The position numbers were made by a program, and so were the translations under genes. The notes below the pieces were generated by a model, which had not been told where the DNA came from, made no database searches, and worked only from the letters and a program-made list of their open reading frames with translations. Positions 21,329-31,295 of a stretch of DNA of 64,000 nucleotides are shown here, in pieces; position 1 is the stretch's first letter, and every line of letters begins with the position of its first letter. This DNA comes from an uncultured virus (IMG/VR IMGVR_UViG_3300010885_067605) (taxonomy: Duplodnaviria; Heunggongvirae; Uroviricota; Caudoviricetes): the IMG/VR virus record IMGVR_UViG_3300010885_067605. One strand, written 5' to 3'.

Positions 21329-21734
21329 GATAGTGCTACACCATAGTCGGAAAGGATGTAATCACATAGTGGCCAGCATGATAGCCGAACGTTTAGGATG
21401 CAATACTTACGCACTAGAGGATGGCAACATTGATTTGGGAAAGCAAGAACTGATAATGTTTGTCGTGTCTAATGTAGGTGATGAAGAATTACCGCAACAG
21501 ACAGAAAATTTTTTGTGTAATTTAGGTTTACGTAACAAGGAATATATGGTGTGTGAACTTGGTAATTATTTAGGTCTAGAAAACTACTGCGGTTGTAAAC
21601 AAGTATTAATCAAATTACTAAATAAATTGGGGTGGCATAAGGTAGCTGATACATCTATAGATTCAATGCCATCGCTCGATTTGATAGCACTCAATACGTG
21701 GATTGAATCATGCATACATTATATCGCTAGGTAA
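21327..21734 (+). CDS. flavodoxin-like protein
   Basis: HHSRKGCNHIVASMIA, SNVGDEELP, ELGNY. Confidence 0.7.
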   Translation: MIVLHHSRKGCNHIVASMIAERLGCNTYALEDGNIDLGKQELIMFVVSNVGDEELPQQTENFLCNLGLRNKEYMVCELGNYLGLENYCGCKQVLIKLLNKLGWHKVADTSIDSMPSLDLIALNTWIESCIHYIAR

Positions 21735-22559
21735 GTTCGCGGTGACTCGCTTTATTAAATCACAATATTCATTATTAGTACAATTAATTGCCCAATTAGT
21801 TATATGTTTTCTATTAGAAAAATAATGCAAAAATATGATTTTGTCTAGACCTATAGGATCTAGGATATCATACCAATTGAATATGTTAGGTAATTGGTTG
21901 GTAGGGATTTGTAAATCATACAATGCCTTAGCGACTGCTATCTGCCCAGCAAAATAATACAGCTCGGGGTATTTGTTAATAATGTGGCTAGTGATAACTA
22001 ACATTCTCTCACCTATAGCTCTGAGATATCTACTTGGCACAACGAGCATGCCCATGTTAAAGTAACTTAATGGCATTCCATCCTCATATCTATTTTCATA
22101 ATGAACCATGCCATTCCGTTTTTTATATTGGTTCACGCTATATAAACCATCGATACCTAGGCTGCCCCAATCAGAGGCTGATAGAGGGTTAGTATATGCG
22201 AGCACACCGTGAAATATACTAAGATCTATTTGGTAGATGGGTGATATATCACGACACGCTATTATATCAGCATCGATTAGTACACAGGTTTCACTCTTGG
22301 GTTCTATGTACCACCTATGCGGTATTGGTATAGACCAATAATATGGGCTATACCATATATCCGCGTTTCTGTTAATGTATTCATTATTAACATGACCAGG
22401 CGACAAGTTAGGTGCCACTATCGGCGACTGCATTGAGCCATTTACAACGACTGAAAAAAAGGAGTGTCGATGTGAAGAATATTTTTTAACACTTCTGATT
22501 AACAACTCTGTTTGGAATAACATATCTGGAGAATCACTTATTAGCAATATGTAATGCAT
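21708..22559 (-). CDS. GT-A fold (GT8-like) glycosyltransferase
   Basis: LIDADII, YFNMG, AGQIA, FLHY. Confidence 0.7.
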   Translation of the reverse strand: MHYILLISDSPDMLFQTELLIRSVKKYSSHRHSFFSVVVNGSMQSPIVAPNLSPGHVNNEYINRNADIWYSPYYWSIPIPHRWYIEPKSETCVLIDADIIACRDISPIYQIDLSIFHGVLAYTNPLSASDWGSLGIDGLYSVNQYKKRNGMVHYENRYEDGMPLSYFNMGMLVVPSRYLRAIGERMLVITSHIINKYPELYYFAGQIAVAKALYDLQIPTNQLPNIFNWYDILDPIGLDKIIFLHYFSNRKHITNWAINCTNNEYCDLIKRVTANLPSDIMYA

Positions 22560-22580
22560 GGCAGTAGCAAAGTTATCGTT

Positions 22581-23147
22581 ATGAAGTTGAGTTTAATTAC
22601 TGAACTGAAAGTCCGGAAGGCATTTTCTGCTATGGGGCCTCTGTTGAGTGTGATGCCTAAGTCTAAACGAAAGCATTCACGACGGGTCGCTAAATCATTG
22701 AAGAAAGCTGGTGCGGGACAAATAGGGGTATATGCTGGGCTTTTACATGACTATATAGAAAATGGAGGAGACATCCTGTCTCTATCACTACATATCGAAG
22801 ACTTAGGGTTGCCAGATCGTGTAGTAGATGTAGTACATGCACTGAGCAATGACGAAAAAGATGCTGAGTTACATCCTAATCAACCGCTTGCCCATTTACG
22901 ATTAATACTAAGCAATGTAGATGATGAACAGCTCAAGAATATTATAATATTAGCTAAATTATCAGATCGATTAGATAACCTAACCAAGAGAGCTAATAGG
23001 GGTAAGATAGGTAGGAAGTATCGTCTTAAGAGCTTTGAATTAATAGAATGGCTTAGAAGCAACTATACTGGTAAAAATAAACCTTTCAATAGATTGATAA
23101 AAGCCATCCGACAGATTATGCCAAGAGCTGTATTTGAGCCATTATAA
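22581..23147 (+). CDS. HD-domain RelA/SpoT hydrolase-like (Mesh1-like) protein
   Basis: HSRRVA, AGLLHDYIE, VHALS, KLSDRLDNL. Confidence 0.8.
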   Translation: MKLSLITELKVRKAFSAMGPLLSVMPKSKRKHSRRVAKSLKKAGAGQIGVYAGLLHDYIENGGDILSLSLHIEDLGLPDRVVDVVHALSNDEKDAELHPNQPLAHLRLILSNVDDEQLKNIIILAKLSDRLDNLTKRANRGKIGRKYRLKSFELIEWLRSNYTGKNKPFNRLIKAIRQIMPRAVFEPL

Positions 23148-23223
23148 TAATTATAATTATATTATTCGACGTCAAATTTAATTGTAGATAATTTTGTAAC
23201 TACTAGAAATACTGTAGAGGATT

Positions 23224-23544
23224 GTGATGAGATCTGACATAGACCATATAATTAATATTATGGAGATGATGGACCCTACTCAATCAGTAGGTATGGGAGA
23301 TGAACAAACACAGGTTTCTCAAATCCAACAGATGGATGTCATACCTAATCAGCGACAATATGGGGATTCGAAAGATGGCGGGTTTCATGCCAATGATTAC
23401 ATATTAGCTAAGCAATTATTAGCGCAAGTCGGTAGTGCAGATCGAGCAAGGGAGTTATTGTCAAACTTAGAAGAAGTGATGGACACATTGGACATCAAGG
23501 ATGATTATGTAGACCATATAGCCCAATGCTGTGATGAGATCTGA
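23224..23544 (+). CDS. hypothetical protein, possibly internal head protein
   Basis: GAGG RBS, acidic 106 aa. Confidence 0.65.
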   Translation: MMRSDIDHIINIMEMMDPTQSVGMGDEQTQVSQIQQMDVIPNQRQYGDSKDGGFHANDYILAKQLLAQVGSADRARELLSNLEEVMDTLDIKDDYVDHIAQCCDEI

Positions 23545-23556
23545 CGATGAGTAACA

Positions 23557-24090
23557 ATGATGAGCTTCACTGATCAACTGTCATTTATACTCGAAGACAA
23601 CGCTTCAAGGTGTAACCAGAACTTAGATGATGCGTATGAAATATTGAGGCAGATAGATCAAGCTAGTCAACATATAATTATATTACAAAATCAATTAAGA
23701 ATATTAAAACGCAAAATCAATAGTGAGTTGGCTATAAATATTCGAAAAAAGCATCCTGGCTTAAATGTGGCCGTAAATCCTAAACAGTGCAAAATAGGAT
23801 ACAAGACTAAACATCTATCATTTTATCCAGATATAGAAAAAGGTCTGTGGTCGATATCTAGTGATGACAGCCAGTTCATGAACAGATTTAAGAAGCAATA
23901 TAGAAGAAACATAGTGATCAGTCCAGAAATAGATGATTTGGTATCCTCTATCATAACATTCTTCATAGGCCATTATAAGTCACTGGGGGAGGATATCATA
24001 GGTCAAGGGAAAATTATAATAGAAGATAAGATGGCTAACCTGTCCGATCTCGTATCATACAATTCTACAACGGATAGTGCAATCGTATGA
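23557..24090 (+). CDS. hypothetical protein
   Basis: 177 aa, SFILE leader, coupled to next gene. Confidence 0.7.
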   Translation: MMSFTDQLSFILEDNASRCNQNLDDAYEILRQIDQASQHIIILQNQLRILKRKINSELAINIRKKHPGLNVAVNPKQCKIGYKTKHLSFYPDIEKGLWSISSDDSQFMNRFKKQYRRNIVISPEIDDLVSSIITFFIGHYKSLGEDIIGQGKIIIEDKMANLSDLVSYNSTTDSAIV

Positions 24091-25379
24091 TCGATCCTAA
24101 ATTAAACCAAATATGTAAGTTGGTAGATGCATGGTGCAATGATCACCATGTGCAATATGACATCGTATGCGACGAGAATGATATACAAGGGATTATGTTA
24201 TTTAAGCGAAATCACGAAATGTTGGAGAATTTGGTACGCGCGATATACCCTTCGATACTTGAAGGAAATATATTTGTACAAGCCAAACCAGTCAGAGGCG
24301 GTGTAGTTATGGCCTTTTCTCTGAATGCTTTGACTGAGAACAGATTAACGACTATGATAGAAGACGCTGGTCAATCGGAGGATACGATGACATTCAGAGA
24401 TAAAATAAATTCGGCTTTTGACTTGATTCAAATAGAACATAAAGTAGTTGCTGATAACAAAACTGCTAAAGATATTGACTTTACGACTACGGCTAAAGGA
24501 ATAGTCAGAGAAGCCCAACGGAAGACACCTACATCATCGCGGCGTCGCGGGTCATTGAATAGAAGCTCTATCAATGATATAAGAGGTACCGTAAAACAAA
24601 GCAGTAATAGCACATCTCGTGGGGCTAGAAAAGGTGCTGCTAAAGGTTCAGCGACGGTAAGTGATGATAAGCAACAGTTTCAAGCATCATTAAAAGAAGC
24701 GTTGGATGGCTTGGCCACTTCTGATGGTAAACAGCCTGGCGAACTATTCAAGGTATTTGCTAGAGCACTCAGAGTATTAGGCAATAAATTGGGAATAGGT
24801 CCTCTGCAAGACAGACTCACCCGACAGGGTATATCTTGGAAACAATCCGATGACGGGCAATCGATAGTCTTAACAGTTAAGAACGCGGATACTAATGCAG
24901 AGCAACCAATAGCATCTATCAATTACGAGACATTACAGATGCCATCTGATTTCGAAGAACAGCTGAAGAATATGCTGGATTTGGCAACAGGTCAGGCACC
25001 AGGATCGTTTGTCTCTCAGGAAAAGGAAATACAAGCTCATAAAAAGACTATAGGTGATATAGCACGAGCTATAAAACCACAAGACGAGCAAGGGGAGGTG
25101 ACTCAGTTAATGAATGCAGATATGAACACAGGTCAAAATGCAGGCGCAGGTCAGGCAGCATTAACGGCAGCTATGCCAAAGGAGTCATTGGAGCGTAGGT
25201 TGGATGAAGCGTTAACGCCCGAATTGGATAAATTACGTGCTTATGAACAGCAATTATTAAAAACTATAAAATTGTTGCAAGCACCAGACGGTTCTATAGT
25301 AGCCATCAATATGGCTGCTTATAGGCAATTAGCTGCTAAATTAAAGGAAGTTAAGGCCAAGATACACTATTATCAGTGA
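24087..25379 (+). CDS. hypothetical protein, possibly internal head protein
   Basis: 430 aa, several L-x-E sites, basic low-complexity core. Confidence 0.7.
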   Translation: MIDPKLNQICKLVDAWCNDHHVQYDIVCDENDIQGIMLFKRNHEMLENLVRAIYPSILEGNIFVQAKPVRGGVVMAFSLNALTENRLTTMIEDAGQSEDTMTFRDKINSAFDLIQIEHKVVADNKTAKDIDFTTTAKGIVREAQRKTPTSSRRRGSLNRSSINDIRGTVKQSSNSTSRGARKGAAKGSATVSDDKQQFQASLKEALDGLATSDGKQPGELFKVFARALRVLGNKLGIGPLQDRLTRQGISWKQSDDGQSIVLTVKNADTNAEQPIASINYETLQMPSDFEEQLKNMLDLATGQAPGSFVSQEKEIQAHKKTIGDIARAIKPQDEQGEVTQLMNADMNTGQNAGAGQAALTAAMPKESLERRLDEALTPELDKLRAYEQQLLKTIKLLQAPDGSIVAINMAAYRQLAAKLKEVKAKIHYYQ

Positions 25380-25488
25380 GCAACAACATCCTCTTGGAGG
25401 ATAGCCTGCTACTGATCGCGGTGGTGTAAGAGCCACAATACCACCATGATAACCGATGTTAAATGTATATAGACAGTAGGAGGATATT

Positions 25489-26115
25489 ATGCCAATACCT
25501 GACAATAGACTTAGGTTTTCATCTACCAAGATAGACTTTGCTAATAACGTAGGCATTGCTAGTCAAGATCATGATAACTATCCACCACCGCAAGGCCAGG
25601 CACGCTTTGACCATATGAGAATGGTAGTAATAGCATTACTATCACAACAGTCATCATACCAAGCACCGACGGAATATCGTGACGGCACCCCTTGGTTCGA
25701 TTTGAATTCATTAACATTAAAGGTGCGCAAGGGCACCGAATGGGTAAGCTATTCGGAAATCATAGGGCTAGGTCTACCGGATATAGATAACAATTATAAG
25801 ACATTGTCAGTATGGTATGATGAGGTACAATCAGCATTGTCTGCGGTAGCACAAGAAATCACATATAGCGGAGTGTGTTCCGCTAATGGGATAAACGTGA
25901 TCGGTATCCCGCAGTCTTTAATACCTTTCATATATCCAGATTCAAGAGCATTTGTGTATGTAAATGGACTAATGTTAGATCCGCGTAGTTGCACGTTGTC
26001 TAATAATAATATTAACTTAGCTGGTGTCTTAATAGATAAGGGGGATGAATTTACAGTTATCATACGTCGAATACCTTCATCTACTTACTACACTCCTTCG
26101 ATCACCATCCCGTAA
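25489..26115 (+). CDS. virion structural protein
   Basis: AGGAGG RBS; G.PWFD...LK.R.G.EW and VYVNGL...GD tail-associated motifs. Confidence 0.6.
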   Translation: MPIPDNRLRFSSTKIDFANNVGIASQDHDNYPPPQGQARFDHMRMVVIALLSQQSSYQAPTEYRDGTPWFDLNSLTLKVRKGTEWVSYSEIIGLGLPDIDNNYKTLSVWYDEVQSALSAVAQEITYSGVCSANGINVIGIPQSLIPFIYPDSRAFVYVNGLMLDPRSCTLSNNNINLAGVLIDKGDEFTVIIRRIPSSTYYTPSITIP

Positions 26116-26165
26116 ATGTTGAACAGAATAGATCAAAGATAAGGTCAAACCTAGAGGACTGTGCT

Positions 26166-27224
26166 ATGGCTACCGTCGATTTAAGAGACCAATATGGATT
26201 AGGCCGCAAGGACAATGTATACAAAGGTGAATTAGAATTCATAATCAAGGACAGGCATGGCAGAGTAATTAATAATATACGCCAGCCCAATATAATTAAG
26301 ATTTTTGCTAAGGAGATGTTAGCTCATAGATTGCCATATTCTAAAATATGGGATAGGAATGCAAACGGCGGGGTAGGGGCGTGGGTTACTCACAATATTA
26401 ATTTAGATGAATTCGCTGCCAAGTACATCTGTTTTGGTGCATCTTTTGATGATAATGGTGTGCCTTTGGATGCGGAAGACGAAAGGTATTACGTTAAGGA
26501 TTCGGTGACTAATGGTTATATCCCAATAACGCTTGGTGTTGGTGCTGAATATGATGGAGATCTAATAAATCCCATAACTTTAGCGGAACCTGCTCGCCCA
26601 TTAAAAAGAATAGAACGCATATATTATGAAAGTAGCTACCAACCAGCCGGTACGCCATTGTTGCAAGACGACGTGAGGGCTATCAACAACATAGTGGTCC
26701 TAGAAACCACATTATTGACCGATGAATATAACGGCTTTGGTTTAACCACCAATGATTATTTTACTATAACAGAAGTAGCGTTGGTAGGTGCGGAGGAGAT
26801 TACAACAATAGGATCTTGTAATTGTTCTCCACGTAGTGTATTTCTAACTGGTGATTATAATGGTGCCGGATTTAGATCAATAGCATCAGGTACATCAACA
26901 GTATCTTTAGATCCATCGGCTGTGAATATTGACGACATTCAAGAAGGTGATCAGATCAAGATTACTGAGATAGATACAACTGCCGCACAAGATTCTACTT
27001 TAGGTCAGATTAATCCATACTATTTGGTAATACACAAGTCGGTGGGCGGTCGGGATATGGTCCTAGATCGAGTGCCAGTAGATGACAACAATACGCCCAT
27101 AACAGGTGTGGTTGGAGTATACAGGGATGGCTTCAGGATATTCTCACATAGGATATTAAAATCTCCCATTAAGAAATCTAGTGATTTTGAAATAGTTGTA
27201 AGATGGCGTATCATATTGAACTAG
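26166..27224 (+). CDS. tail-collar/baseplate fibre-attachment-type protein
   Basis: NII...., EYNG...ITEVALV, FSHR....IKKS.DFEI.VRW.I pattern. Confidence 0.6.
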   Translation: MATVDLRDQYGLGRKDNVYKGELEFIIKDRHGRVINNIRQPNIIKIFAKEMLAHRLPYSKIWDRNANGGVGAWVTHNINLDEFAAKYICFGASFDDNGVPLDAEDERYYVKDSVTNGYIPITLGVGAEYDGDLINPITLAEPARPLKRIERIYYESSYQPAGTPLLQDDVRAINNIVVLETTLLTDEYNGFGLTTNDYFTITEVALVGAEEITTIGSCNCSPRSVFLTGDYNGAGFRSIASGTSTVSLDPSAVNIDDIQEGDQIKITEIDTTAAQDSTLGQINPYYLVIHKSVGGRDMVLDRVPVDDNNTPITGVVGVYRDGFRIFSHRILKSPIKKSSDFEIVVRWRIILN

Positions 27225-27227
27225 TAC

Positions 27228-28031
27228 ATGATGTATTGGTTCACATGCGTAGATGATTCAGACCAGTTTTTTGACCTATTAAAGGTAGCTATATATTCTG
27301 TTAAGAAAAATACAGATTTAATACCAATAGTGTTGTGTGCTGGTACTAGCGTTAGCAAGAGATCAATATTAAATAGTTTGGGTATTAAATATGTGAGTGT
27401 GGAAGTAGATGAAGACATATATTTTGCTAAACATTTCCCTGGTGCTATATGTAGATTGTATATCCCAAATGTAGCACATGATCTAGGCATTTACGAAACC
27501 ATACTGTACACTGATGTAGATGTGCTTTTTATATCTAACCCTCCACGAATAAAAACACCGGAGGTAACGGCATCGAGTTATTATCCAAATGTGCGACCAC
27601 ATAATACAGTACCAATTAGCGAATGTGGGCATTGGTTAGAGATGTTTGGTGGAGGTGGTGCTTGTTTGAACTCTGGCGTGATGTACTTGAACCCCATCAA
27701 ATTAATGGAAACTAAAGCTGAATTCTTAAACATATGTAATCGACCAACAATGAATAATTCTCCAGCTGAATCTGTATATCATTATTATAACATAAATGCA
27801 ATGAGTTATACACTTAACTATTTTGCATATTGGAATAATATATGGGCGGGTTGTGATGTACGATCTCTAGTAAAGCCCATAATAATTCATTATCATGCTT
27901 TGAAACCAAACGTCACGACACACCCTGTAGAAGTTATGCAATATTATACGGATGAATATGAATCCAATAGAAGGATATGGCTACAGTATCGAGAGAAATC
28001 TTTGCGTCACTGTATGGAATGGTATAATTAG
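27228..28031 (+). CDS. GT8-like glycosyltransferase
   Basis: RLYIP, ILYTDVDVLF, LNSGVM, IIHYHALKP. Confidence 0.85.
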   Translation: MMYWFTCVDDSDQFFDLLKVAIYSVKKNTDLIPIVLCAGTSVSKRSILNSLGIKYVSVEVDEDIYFAKHFPGAICRLYIPNVAHDLGIYETILYTDVDVLFISNPPRIKTPEVTASSYYPNVRPHNTVPISECGHWLEMFGGGGACLNSGVMYLNPIKLMETKAEFLNICNRPTMNNSPAESVYHYYNINAMSYTLNYFAYWNNIWAGCDVRSLVKPIIIHYHALKPNVTTHPVEVMQYYTDEYESNRRIWLQYREKSLRHCMEWYN

Positions 28032-28032
28032 A

Positions 28033-28701
28033 TCATAATGAGGGTCGTGCACGTAATTGATCGTATAATTGGAGTAGTAGGTTGCTCTGCTCTTGAGCTA
28101 AATCTCTGTCGTAGCCGCACGAGTGGTCGAGTTGATCTGTCTCATGTGAATAATCTCTTAAAACTAGCATCTCTCTAGTTAACGCTTCTCGAATAGTTAT
28201 AATGTCAATTGCCCATCCATATTTGGAAATAGTATAATCTATGTGTTTTAAATTATCGACAAGCTGAGGGTGAATAAACCAGAAACCACAATCTGTATTG
28301 TCTACATTATAAATATTATCTCTGAAATAATCTCTTTTACTTTGGTAATGGCTTCTTTTATCATATGGTGCATAAACACCCACATTCGAAGTGTTGAAAG
28401 TATGTATAGCACTCATAAATAAATGATAGTAATTAATATTAGGAATATTATCACCGACTATTATGCACATTATCTGCCCGGTCCTAATATTATTGATGGC
28501 TTGATTATATTGTGAACCGTAATAATGAGCATTATCTAATTGAATGTGCTTGATGCCCGAGGCAGGCTGCCATTTCTCATCACAATTAATGATAGTAGTG
28601 TCTCGAATGATGGGTGATATTCTATCATATAAAATCATACTGTTAATAGATACTTTGGCCCAGTTGAATATATAGACACTTATACTGTCAAAAGTATACA
28701 T
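28033..28701 (-). CDS. putative GT-A glycosyltransferase
   Basis: IIVGD, GVYAP, YGWAID motifs. Confidence 0.55.
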   Translation of the reverse strand: MYTFDSISVYIFNWAKVSINSMILYDRISPIIRDTTIINCDEKWQPASGIKHIQLDNAHYYGSQYNQAINNIRTGQIMCIIVGDNIPNINYYHLFMSAIHTFNTSNVGVYAPYDKRSHYQSKRDYFRDNIYNVDNTDCGFWFIHPQLVDNLKHIDYTISKYGWAIDIITIREALTREMLVLRDYSHETDQLDHSCGYDRDLAQEQSNLLLQLYDQLRARPSL

Positions 28702-28736
28702 AAAAGAACTTAACTGTTCGAACCTTGGTTGAAACC

Positions 28737-29369
28737 ATGAACAATATCCAAAAAAATATAGAAGACATGATTGGAGAGTTTGGTAGCCATCAGCGATGGG
28801 TAGATGAATTCGAATATGGTTACAAATGGGCTCCCGAAGAAAGCATATCGCTAATCATCGCTTTAATAGAAAAATATAAACCACTACCAGTAGACAACAT
28901 TCTAGAAATAGCTATTGGATACGGTAGAGTATCTAAATTATTATATAAAAAATGCATTAATTTATATGGCATAGATATAAACCAATGTTGTGTTGACTAT
29001 TGTTCATCTATAATGCCAAATGCCAAATTCACGACTACAGATGGTATAACTCTTCCACGATATTTAGGTCTAGATTTAGCATATATACAATTCGACCTGA
29101 TAATTAGCTATGATAGCATGGTCCATATCGACAAAGAAATTATAAAAATATACTTAAACCAGATTAAAACATCGCTCAAACCATTTGGAGTTTGTGTAAT
29201 ACATCATTCCGCAAATGGTATTAATGAAATAGGGAATCGTAGCAATATGAATGCTAAATATATGGAAGAATGGTGTAAAGATATGGATCTTAAATTAGTG
29301 GACCAGATATTATCATATCCTATAGCAGGAGTTTATAATGATTGCTTGAGCATCATATCTAACGGCTAA
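28737..29369 (+). CDS. class I SAM-dependent methyltransferase
   Basis: ILEIAIGYGR, GIDIN, FDLIISYDSMVH, LKPFG. Confidence 0.9.
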   Translation: MNNIQKNIEDMIGEFGSHQRWVDEFEYGYKWAPEESISLIIALIEKYKPLPVDNILEIAIGYGRVSKLLYKKCINLYGIDINQCCVDYCSSIMPNAKFTTTDGITLPRYLGLDLAYIQFDLIISYDSMVHIDKEIIKIYLNQIKTSLKPFGVCVIHHSANGINEIGNRSNMNAKYMEEWCKDMDLKLVDQILSYPIAGVYNDCLSIISNG

Positions 29370-29482
29370 AGCTTGTTACGATAACATATCGATGGGTACA
29401 TATAGTAGATTAGCTGATGACTCCTATGGTGAGTATGTAAGCAAAATTAAACTAACGTTTTCTGTCTAATATCGAATCACAG

Positions 29483-31234
29483 TTGGAGGATCTAATCATT
29501 CCTACTATCACACCATCCAAAGTACCCAGCAAAGCACCAGGCACCTTATTCAGCAGCTTTGTGGGTGGCGATCCATCTCTAAATATTAGATGGTTGACAG
29601 CAGCCGACCCAGCATTCTACGAAGCACTCAATCGCCCCATAGCTGATATCGCCGTAAGGCAGCTGGTTATAGCCAAAGCGGTAGACAGGTTACAACTGTC
29701 ATTAGGCAAGGATAACCTTTTCCCATTTTTGGTAGAACCCATTGTCGTGTCAGGCACACAAGAAGACAATCTACCAGTTAAATGGATATGGGATTTGCAT
29801 GCGTCGCTACCTAAGAAATGGAATAATCTAAGATTAACCAAGATCAAACGAATGTCTGGAGCTAATAGTACGACATCTGGGTTCGCTGGTATATTAAGAT
29901 TGATATTTGCAGCCAGTGCTCAAGACTCGACAGTCGAAGTATCGATATTCTCTGCTGATTATCGAATAGATAGTGACTTGACATACCAGACACAGAGACT
30001 AACCATAGTAGACAATATTGAAGAGTCAAACAGCATTAACCCAGGCGAATCAGAAACGGTTTCTGGGTTTATCACATTCAGGACACTGGATATAAATGAC
30101 CAAGACGTGGCAGACTTCATAGACATGCTTGCGCCACCGGCAAGCACATCTGACACCAATGGCGATGGTTTGTTCGACCAGCCGTCAGTATATGAGGTAG
30201 CTGACAGTGTCGCTGGCGGAATAGCTGTGACTGAGGATTATAATGTCACATCTATTAACCACGGAACAGGCATGCTGTTGGATAGTGCATGGAATGCCAT
30301 TCCATCTCTTGATAGTGATACACAAGCATGGGTTTTAGCATTTAATTACCCATTCGACAGCGATTCTAATCTTCTATCAGTCGACAATATCAGAATTCCG
30401 CAAGGATTGTTCAGAGAATTCAATATAACAGCACCGGCTGGCGATAATCCAACCGGCGACGGCTCCGGTCTTAATTTTCCTGTATGGGTAAGCAGAATAG
30501 AAAGGATCGGGTCTGGCACCAATACTTTGCGATTCTATTTCAGCACCTATAACGTTACTGATACAAATCCTAATACCACACCAATCGAATTTGCTACGAT
30601 GGATTTATTGAGGAGTTATGGCTCTGGACAGATAGTCCAAATCTTGCCGAATAAAAACTTGAAGCTAATCAATGATGATCTTTTCGATCAACATTTTGGT
30701 AGAGGCCATGCTGTTTTGTCGTCCATTTGGGATGGTTCATCGACTATCGTGGATGACTTTTTTAATTATTTTGCTGCCATCACTATATCTCCGGCAGATA
30801 CTGAATTCACCAGATCATCTACAAGAATATCTTCTTTCGGTGCAAGCCGAATACCTAAATATGTGCCCACCAAGGGGCAATCACAGGCCATGCTTGGTAG
30901 TGCAGCCAGATTAGCAGTTCCCAGATATCCTAGCGTTGATAACCGATATGTTACTGAAGAAGATCAAGGCCTAGGAAATCAAATAGATCTCGAGGCTATA
31001 GAAGGGATAACGCCCAACACAGCCATCGATAGATTCGGGTTTACTGGCTCATTGACCCACAAGATATGCAAGCTCAATGTATCTGCCGACAATTTGGGTG
31101 ATAACCCAGCCACTTATGAGCAAGATATCCTGCCTAGGTTAAGGATATTATTAGGTAGGGACCCTAAATTTGGAGACTTCTGGTATAATGGTACTCGTTT
31201 AATGTTTAATAACGGTGATAGCTGGCAAGGCTAG
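29483..31234 (+). CDS. virion structural protein (tail/baseplate)
   Basis: 583 aa acidic, beta-rich; WL..AD....LNRP..D N-terminal motif. Confidence 0.6.
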   Translation: MEDLIIPTITPSKVPSKAPGTLFSSFVGGDPSLNIRWLTAADPAFYEALNRPIADIAVRQLVIAKAVDRLQLSLGKDNLFPFLVEPIVVSGTQEDNLPVKWIWDLHASLPKKWNNLRLTKIKRMSGANSTTSGFAGILRLIFAASAQDSTVEVSIFSADYRIDSDLTYQTQRLTIVDNIEESNSINPGESETVSGFITFRTLDINDQDVADFIDMLAPPASTSDTNGDGLFDQPSVYEVADSVAGGIAVTEDYNVTSINHGTGMLLDSAWNAIPSLDSDTQAWVLAFNYPFDSDSNLLSVDNIRIPQGLFREFNITAPAGDNPTGDGSGLNFPVWVSRIERIGSGTNTLRFYFSTYNVTDTNPNTTPIEFATMDLLRSYGSGQIVQILPNKNLKLINDDLFDQHFGRGHAVLSSIWDGSSTIVDDFFNYFAAITISPADTEFTRSSTRISSFGASRIPKYVPTKGQSQAMLGSAARLAVPRYPSVDNRYVTEEDQGLGNQIDLEAIEGITPNTAIDRFGFTGSLTHKICKLNVSADNLGDNPATYEQDILPRLRILLGRDPKFGDFWYNGTRLMFNNGDSWQG

Positions 31235-31295
31235 TTTAATGCCATTATACCAGCATTCTCTAAATGCTGGCTAGTATATAATGTAGGCAAATAAT

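Noticed and set aside
29414..29445. Hammerhead ribozyme (CTGATGA followed by a short stem)
   Set aside because: No GAAA after the stem and no stems I/III with a cleavage triplet.
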